From NCBI GenBank assembly GCA_963737655.1, contig CAVTTN010000002.1, forward strand, positions 5,504,001-5,568,000: DNA of 64,000 nt. Reading direction: 5' to 3'. Positions 50,006-59,654 of this stretch are shown piece by piece (position 1 is the first letter of the stretch; each line of letters opens with the position of its first letter). Under the pieces are notes generated by a model that did not search any database, was not told where the DNA came from, and worked only from the letters and a program-made list of their open reading frames with translations. Made by a program: the position numbers and the translations under genes. The stretch is from an uncultured Planctomycetota bacterium (GTDB lineage Bacteria > Planctomycetota > Planctomycetia > Isosphaerales > Isosphaeraceae).

Positions 50006-50069
50006 GGGCGGAAATTGGTGTCAGTTCTGTTTTTGTCGTCCTCTACCGAACTGACACCAATTTCCGCCC
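50006..50069. repeat. Perfect 22-bp inverted repeat
   Basis: gggcggaaattggtgtcagttc (50006-50027) and gaactgacaccaatttccgccc (50048-50069). Confidence 0.88.
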
Positions 50070-50162
50070 CGGTTCGCGCAGCGCGCGGCGACGCCCCCGG
50101 GGATCTCCCCGGGGGCGTGACGCGATTCGAGAGTCTTGGGGCCCGGCCCCGACCGATTCGCC

Positions 50163-50855
50163 TCAGGCTCGGGAGGCCCTGGCCTTGAGGCGGCGGCGGA
50201 GGCCCAGGCCGGCTCCGGCGGCGAGGAACAGCGCCACGGTCGTCGGCTCCGGGGTGGTGGTCAGCTTGTTGACGATGATGAACCCCTCGGCCGTGGACTG
50301 GCCGCCGAAGGTCGTCGAGGGGACGAGCGACCTCTGCGGCGAGGGCAGGCTCAGGGTCCCGGTGTACAGCGTGCCGATGGCGGCCGTCGAGTTGCTGATC
50401 GGCTCGAACGTGGCGACGACGTTCGACTGGTCCGACCCGGTGACCGTCCCGTTGAGGAAGCCCTGGATCGTCAGCAACGGGGGGCTGGCCCCCTGGTCCT
50501 GGCCGTTGATCGACTGGGTGGCGTAGCTGATGGCGAACGGCGTGTGGTTGTACACCGTGGTCTGGCCGTCCGGCAGCGGGGCGACGACGAACGTGCCCAG
50601 GCTCAGCGACGACGGGGTGTACAGGCCGGAGTTGGAGACCGGGGCGAAGCTGATGACCGGCTTGCCCGTGATCCCGGTCGAGCCGACGAGGCCCGAGGTG
50701 TTGTAGGTGATGTTGGCGCTGACCGGGGTGGACGTGGTCATGCCGGTCATGCCGGTGGTCGTCATGGAGTCGGCCCGGGCCGAGCCGGCGACCGCCGCCA
50801 GGGCGAGGGCGAGGGCCATCCGTCGCGGCCCGGCCCATCCAGAGTTCGTGCGCAT
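50163..50855 (-). CDS. PEP-CTERM sorting-domain protein
   Basis: Signal peptide; C-terminus TPEPTTVALFLAAGAGLGLRRRLK. Confidence 0.9.
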   Translation of the reverse strand: MRTNSGWAGPRRMALALALAAVAGSARADSMTTTGMTGMTTSTPVSANITYNTSGLVGSTGITGKPVISFAPVSNSGLYTPSSLSLGTFVVAPLPDGQTTVYNHTPFAISYATQSINGQDQGASPPLLTIQGFLNGTVTGSDQSNVVATFEPISNSTAAIGTLYTGTLSLPSPQRSLVPSTTFGGQSTAEGFIIVNKLTTTPEPTTVALFLAAGAGLGLRRRLKARASRA

Positions 50856-51357
50856 CCGATTCTCCTGAAAGCTCGCGTCCCGCTCTCCGCTCCGCTCGGA
50901 CGCCCGGGCCCTGGAGGTCCCGGCGGCCAGCCGATCCGGCGCCGCGCCGGACCGTCCGGCGACCGCGACTCGAAGGTGGGAAGTCTTCTCGGACGTGACG
51001 ACGCAGAGGCGACGGCCGACGCCCCCGGCGAGGGGACCACGGCGACGCCGTTCCGATCGGGGCCCGGAGCGAGGGGAGGTCGAGGCGCGATGAGGTGAGC
51101 GGCGAAGAGGTGGATTCCACGAGCCCCGGCCTCCATGCCTGGCTGCCCCGTCGTAAGACGGCCTCGGGCCCGCCCGTTCCTCCGCCTCGATCGGCGGAAG
51201 ACGCAGCCAGGTCCGAACGGGCCGGAGGATACCCAAGCTCGGACCGTCCGTCTACCTCAACTGAACCGATCGGAGACGATTTTCTTGAAGTCCACCCAAC
51301 GCTCGGGCCGACAAAGGCCCGGAAGCGGTTCACGAACGGATGGCGCACGACGGGTCT

Positions 51358-51418
51358 CGTAGGGCAGGCCTCGGCCTGCCGGCTTCGCGGGTCTCGGCAG
51401 GTCGAGGCCTGCCCTACG
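51358..51418. repeat. GTAG-type REP doublet (family B), copy 2
   Basis: cgtagggcaggcctcggcctgccg...cggcaggtcgaggcctgccctacg. Confidence 0.85.
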
Positions 51419-51465
51419 GGGGCGCCATCCGACCGAGTACCCCTCGAGCAGGGGTCGCCGACCGC

Positions 51466-53744
51466 TCAGAGCAGGCTGAGCGGGTCCACGTCCACCGCCA
51501 GCTCGATCCCGTGGGGCGCGACGATCCCCGGCATCTCGGCATGCAACAGCGATTGCAGCGGCTTCGCCGAGGCGGCCTGGAGCCTCAGGTGATAGCGGAA
51601 CAGATCGCGGATCTTGACCACCGGCGCCGGCGACGGCCCGAGCAGCTTCACCCCCGGGGGCGCGGCCTGACGGAGCCGGTCGGCCACCCCGGCGAGGAAC
51701 GTCCGGGTCGCCGCCTCGTCCGGCCCCCGGGCGATCAGGCGGACCATCCTCCCGAACGGCGGCAACCCGTGTTCGCGGCGTCGCGAGAGCTCGGTCTCCA
51801 GGAACCCGAGGTAATCGTGCTTCGTCGCCGAGACGATCGCCGGCTCCTCCGGGCAGAACGTCTGCACCAGGACCTTGCCCGGCCTCTCGCCGCGACCGGT
51901 CCGGCCCGCCACCTGCGCCACGAGCTGGAACGTCCTCTCGGCGGCGCGGAAATCCGGCAGGTGGAGCGAGGTGTCGGCGTTGACGACCCCCACGAGCGTC
52001 ACGTTGGGGAAGTCCAGCCCCTTGGCGATCATCTGGGTGCCCAGGAGGATGTCCACCTGGCCGTCCTTGAACGCCTTGAGCACCTGTTCGTGACTGCCCG
52101 GGGCCTTCATCGTGTCCGAGTCCATCCGCCGGACGACCGCATCGGGGAACGCCGATTTGACCTCGCGCTCCAGCCTCTCCGTCCCCACGCCCCCATAATG
52201 CAGGGCCGACCGGCACGACGGGCACGTCTCGGGCGGCGTCCTCTCGGAGTCGCAGGCGTGGCACTGGGCCTTCTTTCGGCCCTTGTGGTGCGTGAGCGCC
52301 ACGTCGCACGACCCGCACTTGAGCACGTGGCCGCATTTCGGGCAGAGGATGAACGTGTGAAACCCCCGGCGGTTCAGGAGCAGGATGACCTGACCCCGGC
52401 CGTCCAGGGCCTCGCGGATCGCCACCTTCAAGGCCCCGCTGAGCCCGCCCACCGGCGAGCCCGGCTCGGGCTTCTCGCCGCGGAGGTCGATCAGGCCGAC
52501 CTCGGGCATCGGGCGGTCGGCCACCCGCTTCGTCAGAGGGATTCGCGTGTATCGGCCGTTCTGGGCGTTGTTCCACGTCTCCAAAGCCGGGGTGGCCGAG
52601 CCGAGGATCACCGGGATGCCCAGCCTCTGCGCTCGGACCATCGCCACGTCCCGGGCATGATAACGCGGCGACGTCTCCTGCTTGAACGTGCTCTCATGTT
52701 CCTCGTCGATCACGATCAAACCGAGGTTCCTCGCCGGGGCGAACACGGCCGACCTCGCCCCGACGACCACCTGGACGTCCCCCGCCGCGATCGCCCGCCA
52801 GTGCCGATGCCTCTCGACGTCCGACAAATGGCTGTGGAGCACCGCCACCTTCGCGAACCGGCGGCGGAACCGGCGGATCGTCTGGGGGGTCAGGCTGATC
52901 TCGGGGACCAACACGATCGCCTCGCGACCCCGGGCGACGACCCGCTCGATGGCGCTCAGATACACCTCGGTCTTGCCGCTGCCCGTGACGCCATGGAGCA
53001 GGAACGCGGAGAAGGCGTCGCCGTCCAGGGCCGGCGCCATCCGGTCGAGCGCCTCGCGTTGTTCGTCGGTCAGGTGCAAGGGGGCTCGCGGAGGCTCGAT
53101 CGCCGGGTCGGCCGGCGAGGGCAAGGGCTTGTCGGTCCTCCTCTTCAGGGATCGGATCAATCCCTTCCCGCGAAGCTCGGCGACCGTCCCCGGCTTGCAC
53201 ACGGCGAGCCGGCAGACGTCTTCCAGAGTCAAGAGCTCATTCGACCGGCAGAGGACGGCCAGCGCCTCGGCCTGCTTGGGCGGCAAGTTATAGGTATCGC
53301 GCGCGAGCTTGACCTCCTCGGGCGCCACGAGGAACGTCCTCAAATGCGTCCCGGCGGCCTTCTTGACGCCGGCCGGGACCACGGCATCGAGCGCCTGGCC
53401 CCACGAGCAGGCATAATAGGTGGCCATCCACCGGGTCAGCGAGAGCATGGACGGGTCGATCAAGGGCGGGTCGTCCAGGACGTCCAGGATGTCCTTGATC
53501 CGCGCGGCTCCAGCCCCTGCTCGGGTTCCGCATCCATCGTCACGCAATAGCCGACGGCCGGCGAGTTCCCCCGGCCCAGGGGGACCGTCACCCTCGCGCC
53601 GATCGTCAGCCTCGCCGCCAGTCGCGCCGGCACCCGGTACGAGAAGACCTGATCGACCGGGCGGTTCAGGACGACCCCGGCGAACGGGCCTTCCCCCTCC
53701 GGGGCGAACAGGGCGACCTGGCGTTTGGCGTTGACAGGGTTCAT
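51466..53744 (-). CDS. priA: Primosomal protein N' (replication restart helicase), frameshift near 53505
   Basis: GVTGSGKTEVY, DEEH, Cys clusters and GTQMIAKGLDFP; N-terminal FSYRVP...VTVPLG in another frame. Confidence 0.95.
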
Positions 53745-53869
53745 CGGCGGCGGAGATGGTGTCCGAAGGATCGTTCGGGCGCGATCCCCCCGGAGGATTA
53801 TCGCCCGCTTCTGTACCCTTGTCCATGGAAATCCTCGGGAAATCCATCGCGAGAGAGGAACGACCACCG

Positions 53870-54472
53870 ATGCGCCTGGGCCTCTTCGGCGGGACGTTCG
53901 ACCCGATCCACCTCGGCCACCTGATCCTGGCCGAGACGTGCCGCGAGGCGTGCGGGCTGGATCGGGTCTGGTTCGTGGTGGCCGGATCGCCGCCCCACAA
54001 GCCCGGGGCCCGGACCTCGGCCGCCCATCGGCTGGAAATGGCCCGGATCGCCACGGCCGGGAACGCCGCGTTCGTCGTCTCGGAGATCGAAACGACCGGC
54101 CCCGGCCCGAATTACAGTTTCGAGACGGTCGAGGCGATCGCCCGCGACCATCCCGGCGACGAACTCTTCTTCCTGATCGGCGCCGACAGCCTCGCCGACC
54201 TCCCGCGCTGGAAGAATCCGGACCGGATCGCCCGATCGGCCACGATCGTCGTCGTGAACCGGCCGGGGATCGACCCGTCCGTCCTCCTCGAACCGCCCGA
54301 CCTCGGGCCCGACGCCCGCCCGATCGTCGCGGTGACGGTCCCGCCGATCGGGATCGCCTCGCACGAAATCCGCCGCAAGGCGAGCGAGGGCCGATCGATC
54401 CGCTACCAGGTCCCCAGGGGCGTCGAGGCGTACATCGCCGAGCAGGGGCTGTATCGAGGACGGTCCGGGTGA
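53870..54472 (+). CDS. nadD: Nicotinate-nucleotide adenylyltransferase
   Basis: GGTFDPIHLGH, PPHK and LIGADS. Confidence 0.95.
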   Translation: MRLGLFGGTFDPIHLGHLILAETCREACGLDRVWFVVAGSPPHKPGARTSAAHRLEMARIATAGNAAFVVSEIETTGPGPNYSFETVEAIARDHPGDELFFLIGADSLADLPRWKNPDRIARSATIVVVNRPGIDPSVLLEPPDLGPDARPIVAVTVPPIGIASHEIRRKASEGRSIRYQVPRGVEAYIAEQGLYRGRSG

Positions 54473-54479
54473 CCCCCAA

Positions 54480-55331
54480 ATGCAAGAATACGACCGCGCG
54501 AGCAAGTGGCTGATCGGCCATCACGGCGACGCGATCCTGAGGATGGCGGGCGTGACGGATTTCGTCTCCTGGAAGGCGCTTCCGGCGGAACTCGTGCAGC
54601 CCCGGCAGTTGCCCGACGGGATGATCGAGGTCGTCCGCCCCGGGAAGTCCGAGCCCGAGGTCTTCGTTTTGGAGCTGGCCACCGATCCCGACGCCCGGAT
54701 CGCCGACCAGGCGCTGAGGGACATGACGCTCGTGTTCCTCGACCGCCGGGAGTTGCCCGAGGTGCTGGTCCTGGTCCTTCATCCCAAGGGGAACCTGCGG
54801 GCCCCCGGGTCGGCGGAGGTCGCCAGCCCCGAGAGGTGGAGCGGCCTCCGGGCCTCCTGGAGGGCCATCGAGCTCTGGACGATCCCGGCCGAGGCCCTCC
54901 TGGCCCTGGACGACCCCGGAGTCTTGCCCTGGGTCCCCCTGGCGAAGATCGACGGGCCGCCCGAGCCGATCTTGCGGGAATGCCGCGATAGGATCGACAA
55001 TACGGCGCCCGAGGAGGAACGCGAGAACCTCCTGGCCGTGATCCAGGTGATGCTCGGCCTGAGGTACGAGGACCCGAAGCTGTTCACCCTGTTCGGAGGG
55101 CGAGGGGCCATGATCGAGTCGCCGGTCTTGCAGCGGTTCCTGGCCGAAGAGATGTCCGAGAGCATGGCGAGGCTGCTGGTCCGAGTGCTGGAATCGCGAT
55201 TTGGGGCCCTCGGTTCCTCGTTGGCGACGGCCATCCTCGCGATCCAGGACCCGACGAGGTTGAACGATCTCATGGTCGTGGCCGCCAATTGCCGAGACCT
55301 GGACGCTTTCCAGGCGGAGTTGGCCCGCTGA
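54480..55331 (+). CDS. Rpn/YhgA-like PD-(D/E)xK-fold protein
   Basis: YDRASKWL, LPDG...VLELAT, IELWTIPAE, LPWVPLA; helical C-terminal domain with LESRFG. Confidence 0.65.
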   Translation: MQEYDRASKWLIGHHGDAILRMAGVTDFVSWKALPAELVQPRQLPDGMIEVVRPGKSEPEVFVLELATDPDARIADQALRDMTLVFLDRRELPEVLVLVLHPKGNLRAPGSAEVASPERWSGLRASWRAIELWTIPAEALLALDDPGVLPWVPLAKIDGPPEPILRECRDRIDNTAPEEERENLLAVIQVMLGLRYEDPKLFTLFGGRGAMIESPVLQRFLAEEMSESMARLLVRVLESRFGALGSSLATAILAIQDPTRLNDLMVVAANCRDLDAFQAELAR

Positions 55332-55413
55332 ACCCCGTGGATGCGGCGGACCGGACCCCGGAGCGGCTCGATGGGGAGAACGGTTGATGCCGCCTGGTCG
55401 GGAGGGAGGGCCC

Positions 55414-55622
55414 ATGATCGAGTCGCCGGTGTTGATTCAGTTCGTCGCGGAGAGGCTTCATCGCAATCTTTTGATTTTTCTGAAAGGGCGCTTCGGGCCC
55501 CTCCCGGCGGACATTGAGGAGGCGCTGGGCGGGTCGTCGATGAGCAGAAGCTCGACGAACTGGCGGACCTCGCCTCCCATTGTCCCGACCTCGACACCTT
55601 CCGCGCCGCCCTGCCGAAGTGA
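55414..55622 (+). CDS. Stand-alone paralog of the Rpn-like C-terminal domain, -1 frameshift near 55530
   Basis: MIESPVLIQFVAE...LKGRFGPLPADIEEAL / VVDEQKLDELADLASHCPDLDTFRAALPK*, colinear with 55110-55331. Confidence 0.75.
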
Positions 55623-55713
55623 TTCGAATTCCGCGCCCGGAAATCGGTGGAGGATCGTGCCGGTGGCGGGCTAGGATTCGCCAGACTTCCCGATCCGAAG
55701 GGCGAATCCTCCG

Positions 55714-56820
55714 ATGACGACCGCGAAGATGTTGGGGCCGAGTCCGGCCGAGATGTATCGGGCGAGCGTCGATCGCGACCCGTCGTATGACGGCCTGTTC
55801 GTGATGGCCGTGAAGACGACCGGGATCTTCTGCCGGGCGACGTGCCCGGCTCGCAAACCGCGGTTCGAGAACGTCGAGTTCTTCGAAACGACGACCGAGG
55901 CCATCCGCCGCGGCTACCGGGCGTGCAAGCGGTGCCGGCCGACCGAGGCGGCGTCTCCGGAGTGGTTCCGGGCCTTGATGGACCGCCTGTCGGCCGACCC
56001 CGGCGCCCGGATCACCGATGAAAACCTTCGCGGCCTGGGGATCGGCCCGGATCGCGCCCGCCGCTACTTCAAGGAGCACCTGGGGATGACGTTCCACGCG
56101 TATCATCGGGCCCGGAGGATGGGATCGGCCCTGGTCGGCGTTCGTTCGGGAGAGGATTTGCTGGAGGTCGGCCTGGGACACGGGTTCGAGTCGGCCAGCG
56201 GCTTCCGCGAGGCGTTCTCCCGCCTGTTCGGCGCGCCCCCGGGACGCTCCCGAGATGCCTCGTGCCTCGTGGCCGACTGGCTCGACACGCCCCTGGGACC
56301 GATGGTCGCCGTCGCCGGGGACGCGGGCCTCTGCCTCCTGGAATTCGCCGATCGGAAGTCGATCGAGGCGCAGGTGGCGGCCCTCCGGGGGCATTTTGAG
56401 GGGCCGATCGTCCCGGGACGGAACGTCCATCTCGACCGGGTCGCCGCCGAGCTCTCGGCGTACTTCGCGGGTGCCCTCCGCGAGTTCACCGTCCCCCTGA
56501 TCCACCCCGGTTCGCCGTTCCAGGAGGCCGTCTGGGGCGAGTTGAAGCGAATTCCTTACGGAAGAACGACTTCGTATGGCGCCGTGGCCGAGGCGATCGG
56601 CCGACCCGGGGCGAGCCAGGCCGTCGGCCGGGCCAACGGCGAGAACCGCCTGGCGATCGTGGTCCCGTGCCATCGGGTGGTCCGCTCCGACGGCCATCTC
56701 TGCGGCTATGCCGGCGGGCTTCGCCGCAAGGAATGGCTCCTGGACCTGGAACGGCGAACCCTGGGGGGCGAGGTCCAGAAGACCTGGCGTTTTGTCGAGG
56801 ATTCGCCGATGATCGGGTAG
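55714..56820 (+). CDS. ada: Bifunctional transcriptional activator / O6-methylguanine-DNA methyltransferase
   Basis: TTGIFCRATC...CKRC Zn site, AraC HTH and PCHRV. Confidence 0.93.
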   Translation: MTTAKMLGPSPAEMYRASVDRDPSYDGLFVMAVKTTGIFCRATCPARKPRFENVEFFETTTEAIRRGYRACKRCRPTEAASPEWFRALMDRLSADPGARITDENLRGLGIGPDRARRYFKEHLGMTFHAYHRARRMGSALVGVRSGEDLLEVGLGHGFESASGFREAFSRLFGAPPGRSRDASCLVADWLDTPLGPMVAVAGDAGLCLLEFADRKSIEAQVAALRGHFEGPIVPGRNVHLDRVAAELSAYFAGALREFTVPLIHPGSPFQEAVWGELKRIPYGRTTSYGAVAEAIGRPGASQAVGRANGENRLAIVVPCHRVVRSDGHLCGYAGGLRRKEWLLDLERRTLGGEVQKTWRFVEDSPMIG

Positions 56821-56850
56821 GAAACGACCCCGCCGATCGGAGGTGCCGCG

Positions 56851-57720
56851 ATGAGCACGACCGCCCGAGGGATCGCCTGGCTGGTCCCGCCGGACCCCGA
56901 CTATCCCTCCTGCGACGGCAAGAGGATGTCCGACAACACCACGCAGTACGAGTGGATCGTCACCATCGTGGGCGGACTGAAAGGCCAGTACCGCGACGAC
57001 CCGAACGTCTTCGTGGCCGGCGACTTCCTCTGGTATCCGGTCTTCGGCGACCCCAAGACCCGGATGGCCCCCGACGGCATGGTCGTCTTCGGCCGACCCA
57101 AGGGCGAGCGCGGGGCGTATCTCCAGTGGCGGGAGGAGAACGTCCCGCCTCACGTCGTCTTCGAGGTCCTCTCGCCGAAGAACAGCAAGGCGGAGATGGC
57201 CCGCAAGCTCGCCTTCTACGAGAAATACGGGTCCCAGGAATATTACGTCTACGACCCGAAGAAGATCCGGCTCAGCGGCTACCTCCGCGACGGCGACACG
57301 CTCCGGCCGATCCCCGAGATGAACGGCTGGGTCAGCCCGAGGCTGGGCATCCGCTTCGACATGACCGGCCCCGAGCTCGTCCTGTACCACCCCGACGGCT
57401 CCCCGTTCCGAACCTACGAGGAAGTCATCGCCCTGGCCGAGGAGAACGAGCAAAAGGCCGACGAGCAAGAACGCCGGGCCGAGGAGCAAGAGCGCCGGGC
57501 CGACGAGCAGGAACGCCGGGCCAACGCGGAGGTCCGTCGGGCCGAGCAGCAGCGCCGCAAGGCCGAAGCCGAGGCGAAAAAGGCCGAGGCCGAACGCCAG
57601 AAGGCCGAGGCCGAACGCCAGAAGGCCGAGGAGGCGCGTCGCGAGGCCGAGGCGCAGAAGGAACGGGCCGAGCGGCTGGCCGCCCGGCTCCGTTCGTTGG
57701 GGATCGATCCGGAGACTTGA
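56851..57720 (+). CDS. Uma2 (DUF820) endonuclease-fold protein with a coiled-coil tail
   Basis: APDGMVVFG, VVFEVLSP and EYYVYDP; tail ERAERLAARLRSLGIDP. Confidence 0.9.
   Translation: MSTTARGIAWLVPPDPDYPSCDGKRMSDNTTQYEWIVTIVGGLKGQYRDDPNVFVAGDFLWYPVFGDPKTRMAPDGMVVFGRPKGERGAYLQWREENVPPHVVFEVLSPKNSKAEMARKLAFYEKYGSQEYYVYDPKKIRLSGYLRDGDTLRPIPEMNGWVSPRLGIRFDMTGPELVLYHPDGSPFRTYEEVIALAEENEQKADEQERRAEEQERRADEQERRANAEVRRAEQQRRKAEAEAKKAEAERQKAEAERQKAEEARREAEAQKERAERLAARLRSLGIDPET
57457..57630 (+). repeat. In-frame 21-bp tandem repeats encoding heptads
   Basis: gccgacgagcaagaacgccgg-like x3 (ADEQERR); aaggccgaggccgaacgccag x2 (KAEAERQ). Confidence 0.8.
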
Positions 57721-57731
57721 ACCGGAGAGGG

Positions 57732-58211
57732 TCAGGAGAGCGGCTTGTCCAGGTCGATCACCAGGTCTTCGCCTCCGGGCTTGACCTCTCGGATGATCAC
57801 GGTCGAGGACGCTTCGCCGAAGCGTCCTCCGAGCGTGTCGTCCTCGCGGTCCAGGAGCTTCCTGTCCTTCACCGCCTTGGCCTTGGCGGCGTCGAAGGCG
57901 TCTCGCTTGAGCTTCTGGGTGATCAGGACGCGGTACTTCCCCGGAGGGATGCCCGCGCCGTCGGCCCCGGCCAGGACGAAGGTCCCGTTGGTTTGATCGA
58001 CCTGGGCCCAGTATTCCTCGCCGACCCGGGCCTGAGAAGAAGGCTCGGTGCGGACCAACGTCACCCGGACGGATTGATCCGAGGGGGCGGCATAAGGCCC
58101 GCCCCCCTTGATCAGCTTGCCGGAGGCCCGGACCGTCTCGCCGGAACCGCATCCGGACAGGGCCGCCAGCGGGACGAGCCAAAGGACCAGGGCGAAATCT
58201 CGGCGTCTCAT
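57732..58211 (-). CDS. Lipoprotein (carboxypeptidase-regulatory-like), partner of the DUF1559 gene
   Basis: Lipobox LSGC; GTFVL...GIPPGKYRV. Confidence 0.8.
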   Translation of the reverse strand: MRRRDFALVLWLVPLAALSGCGSGETVRASGKLIKGGGPYAAPSDQSVRVTLVRTEPSSQARVGEEYWAQVDQTNGTFVLAGADGAGIPPGKYRVLITQKLKRDAFDAAKAKAVKDRKLLDREDDTLGGRFGEASSTVIIREVKPGGEDLVIDLDKPLS

Positions 58212-58261
58212 CGGTGGGTGGTTCCGGAAATCCGGGGGAGGAGAGGACCGGGCGGATCGGC

Positions 58262-59431
58262 TCAATAATCGGTGGCGCTGAGGACCGTGCCATCGTTGCG
58301 GGTCAGGATCGCGAACCAGATCCGGTTGCTGATGGAGTTCTTGACGAAGCGGACGCTGCCGTCACCGAACCCCATGTTCACGCCTCCGGGGTGCTGGCTG
58401 CGGCACTGCCCCCCGCTGTTGTACATGCCCCCTCCGCAGTTGAAGCCCATGCCCATCGCCGCGGCGTTGGGGAACTGGGCGCCGAGGATCGGGCCGTTCT
58501 GCATCTCGTCGCCGCCGTCGTCGCAGTTCGGGTAGTTCAGGCCCATCATGTTGTTGGGCGTGGGGTTGTACGATTTGGCGTGACCGCAAAGGCTGGCCAT
58601 CGCCAGGCCCAGGGCCCAGGTGCCGCGGATGTCCATCGAACCCAGCCCCGCGCGGAGCTCGCCGATGGCCGCGGTGTTCGACAGCCCGTCGGTCACGTCG
58701 GCGATCCTCGCCCCGTAGTTGATGCTCATCATCCCCGATTTGGACAGGCCCTTGTACGGCGCCGCCGTCGTCCCGTCGTAGCCGTTGACGACGTGGTCCG
58801 GGTCGGTCGAGCCCTGGACGGCCCCGTAGTTGCCCCGGGCCCAGTTGGTCAGAAGCGTGCCGGTCCTCTGGTCCTTCGGCGCGAGCTGCGGGTAGTTGGC
58901 GGCGTCGGCGTCGGAAAAGAACACCTTGCCGGGGCCGTTGAGCGAGTCCGACGGGCAGAGGAAGGCGCTCAGCCGGGTCGTCCGGAGCGTGGTACAAGCC
59001 CAGTCCATGTTGTAGAGGTTGGCGTTCGGGGCGGTGTCCGTGGGGTTGATCGTGCTGTTGTACGGCCCGGTCCAACCCGGGTAGCCCAGGACGTTGGAGG
59101 CGTTGAACAGCGTGGCCTGCTCGATGTACGGCAGGATCATCACCGCCCAGTTCGGCCCGAACGGCTCGGTCTGATCGCTGGTCAGGCCGTCGGACGCCTG
59201 ATTGTTCGTCAGGCCGTTGACGTAAGGCTCGTTCACGCCCTTGGGGAAGCTGCCGTTGGACGACTCGAAGTTGTGGATGCCCAGCAAGAGCTGCTTCATG
59301 TTGTTGGTGCACTGGGCCCGTCGGGCGGCCTCTCGGGCGGCCTGGACCGCCGGCAGGAGCAGCGCGATCAGGACGCCGATGATCGCGATGACGACCAGCA
59401 GCTCGATCAGGGTAAAACCCTTGCGCTTCAT
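58262..59431 (-). CDS. DUF1559 prepilin-type N-terminal cleavage/methylation protein
   Basis: [22 protein letters not shown] and HPGGVNMGFGDGSV. Confidence 0.93.
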   Translation of the reverse strand: MKRKGFTLIELLVVIAIIGVLIALLLPAVQAAREAARRAQCTNNMKQLLLGIHNFESSNGSFPKGVNEPYVNGLTNNQASDGLTSDQTEPFGPNWAVMILPYIEQATLFNASNVLGYPGWTGPYNSTINPTDTAPNANLYNMDWACTTLRTTRLSAFLCPSDSLNGPGKVFFSDADAANYPQLAPKDQRTGTLLTNWARGNYGAVQGSTDPDHVVNGYDGTTAAPYKGLSKSGMMSINYGARIADVTDGLSNTAAIGELRAGLGSMDIRGTWALGLAMASLCGHAKSYNPTPNNMMGLNYPNCDDGGDEMQNGPILGAQFPNAAAMGMGFNCGGGMYNSGGQCRSQHPGGVNMGFGDGSVRFVKNSISNRIWFAILTRNDGTVLSATDY

Positions 59432-59654
59432 GGGACAGGAACTCCGAGGAGAAAAGCCAACCGGGCGGACGAGCGGCTCACCTTGCCACATCGCCGGGGG
59501 ACCATGATGAAGCGTTCGCGAATGTTTCGTGTGGTTCGCCGACTCCCGATCCGCCTCATCCCGGGCGGCCGGTCCGGCCGATAGGACACTTCGGATGCAA
59601 TCCGGTCCTCCCCGGACCGGCGGGCCTGACCCTTCAGGGAGGGGCGGAGCGACG

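Noticed and set aside
55110..55622. Diversity-generating retroelement TR/VR pair
   Set aside because: No reverse transcriptase in the window; divergence is extensive and not adenine-specific.
11136..56820. DNA-repair island (photolyase, nth, priA, ada)
   Set aside because: The genes are 2-22 kb apart among unrelated genes, with no shared operator recognised.
55270..58293. 1007-aa minus-strand ORF
   Set aside because: Antisense shadow of ada and the Uma2 gene; no recognisable motifs.
10470..59431. Near-identical 5' DNA in the two DUF1559 genes as a recent duplication or recombination cassette
   Set aside because: Explained by the highly conserved prepilin-like N-terminus of this large planctomycete family.
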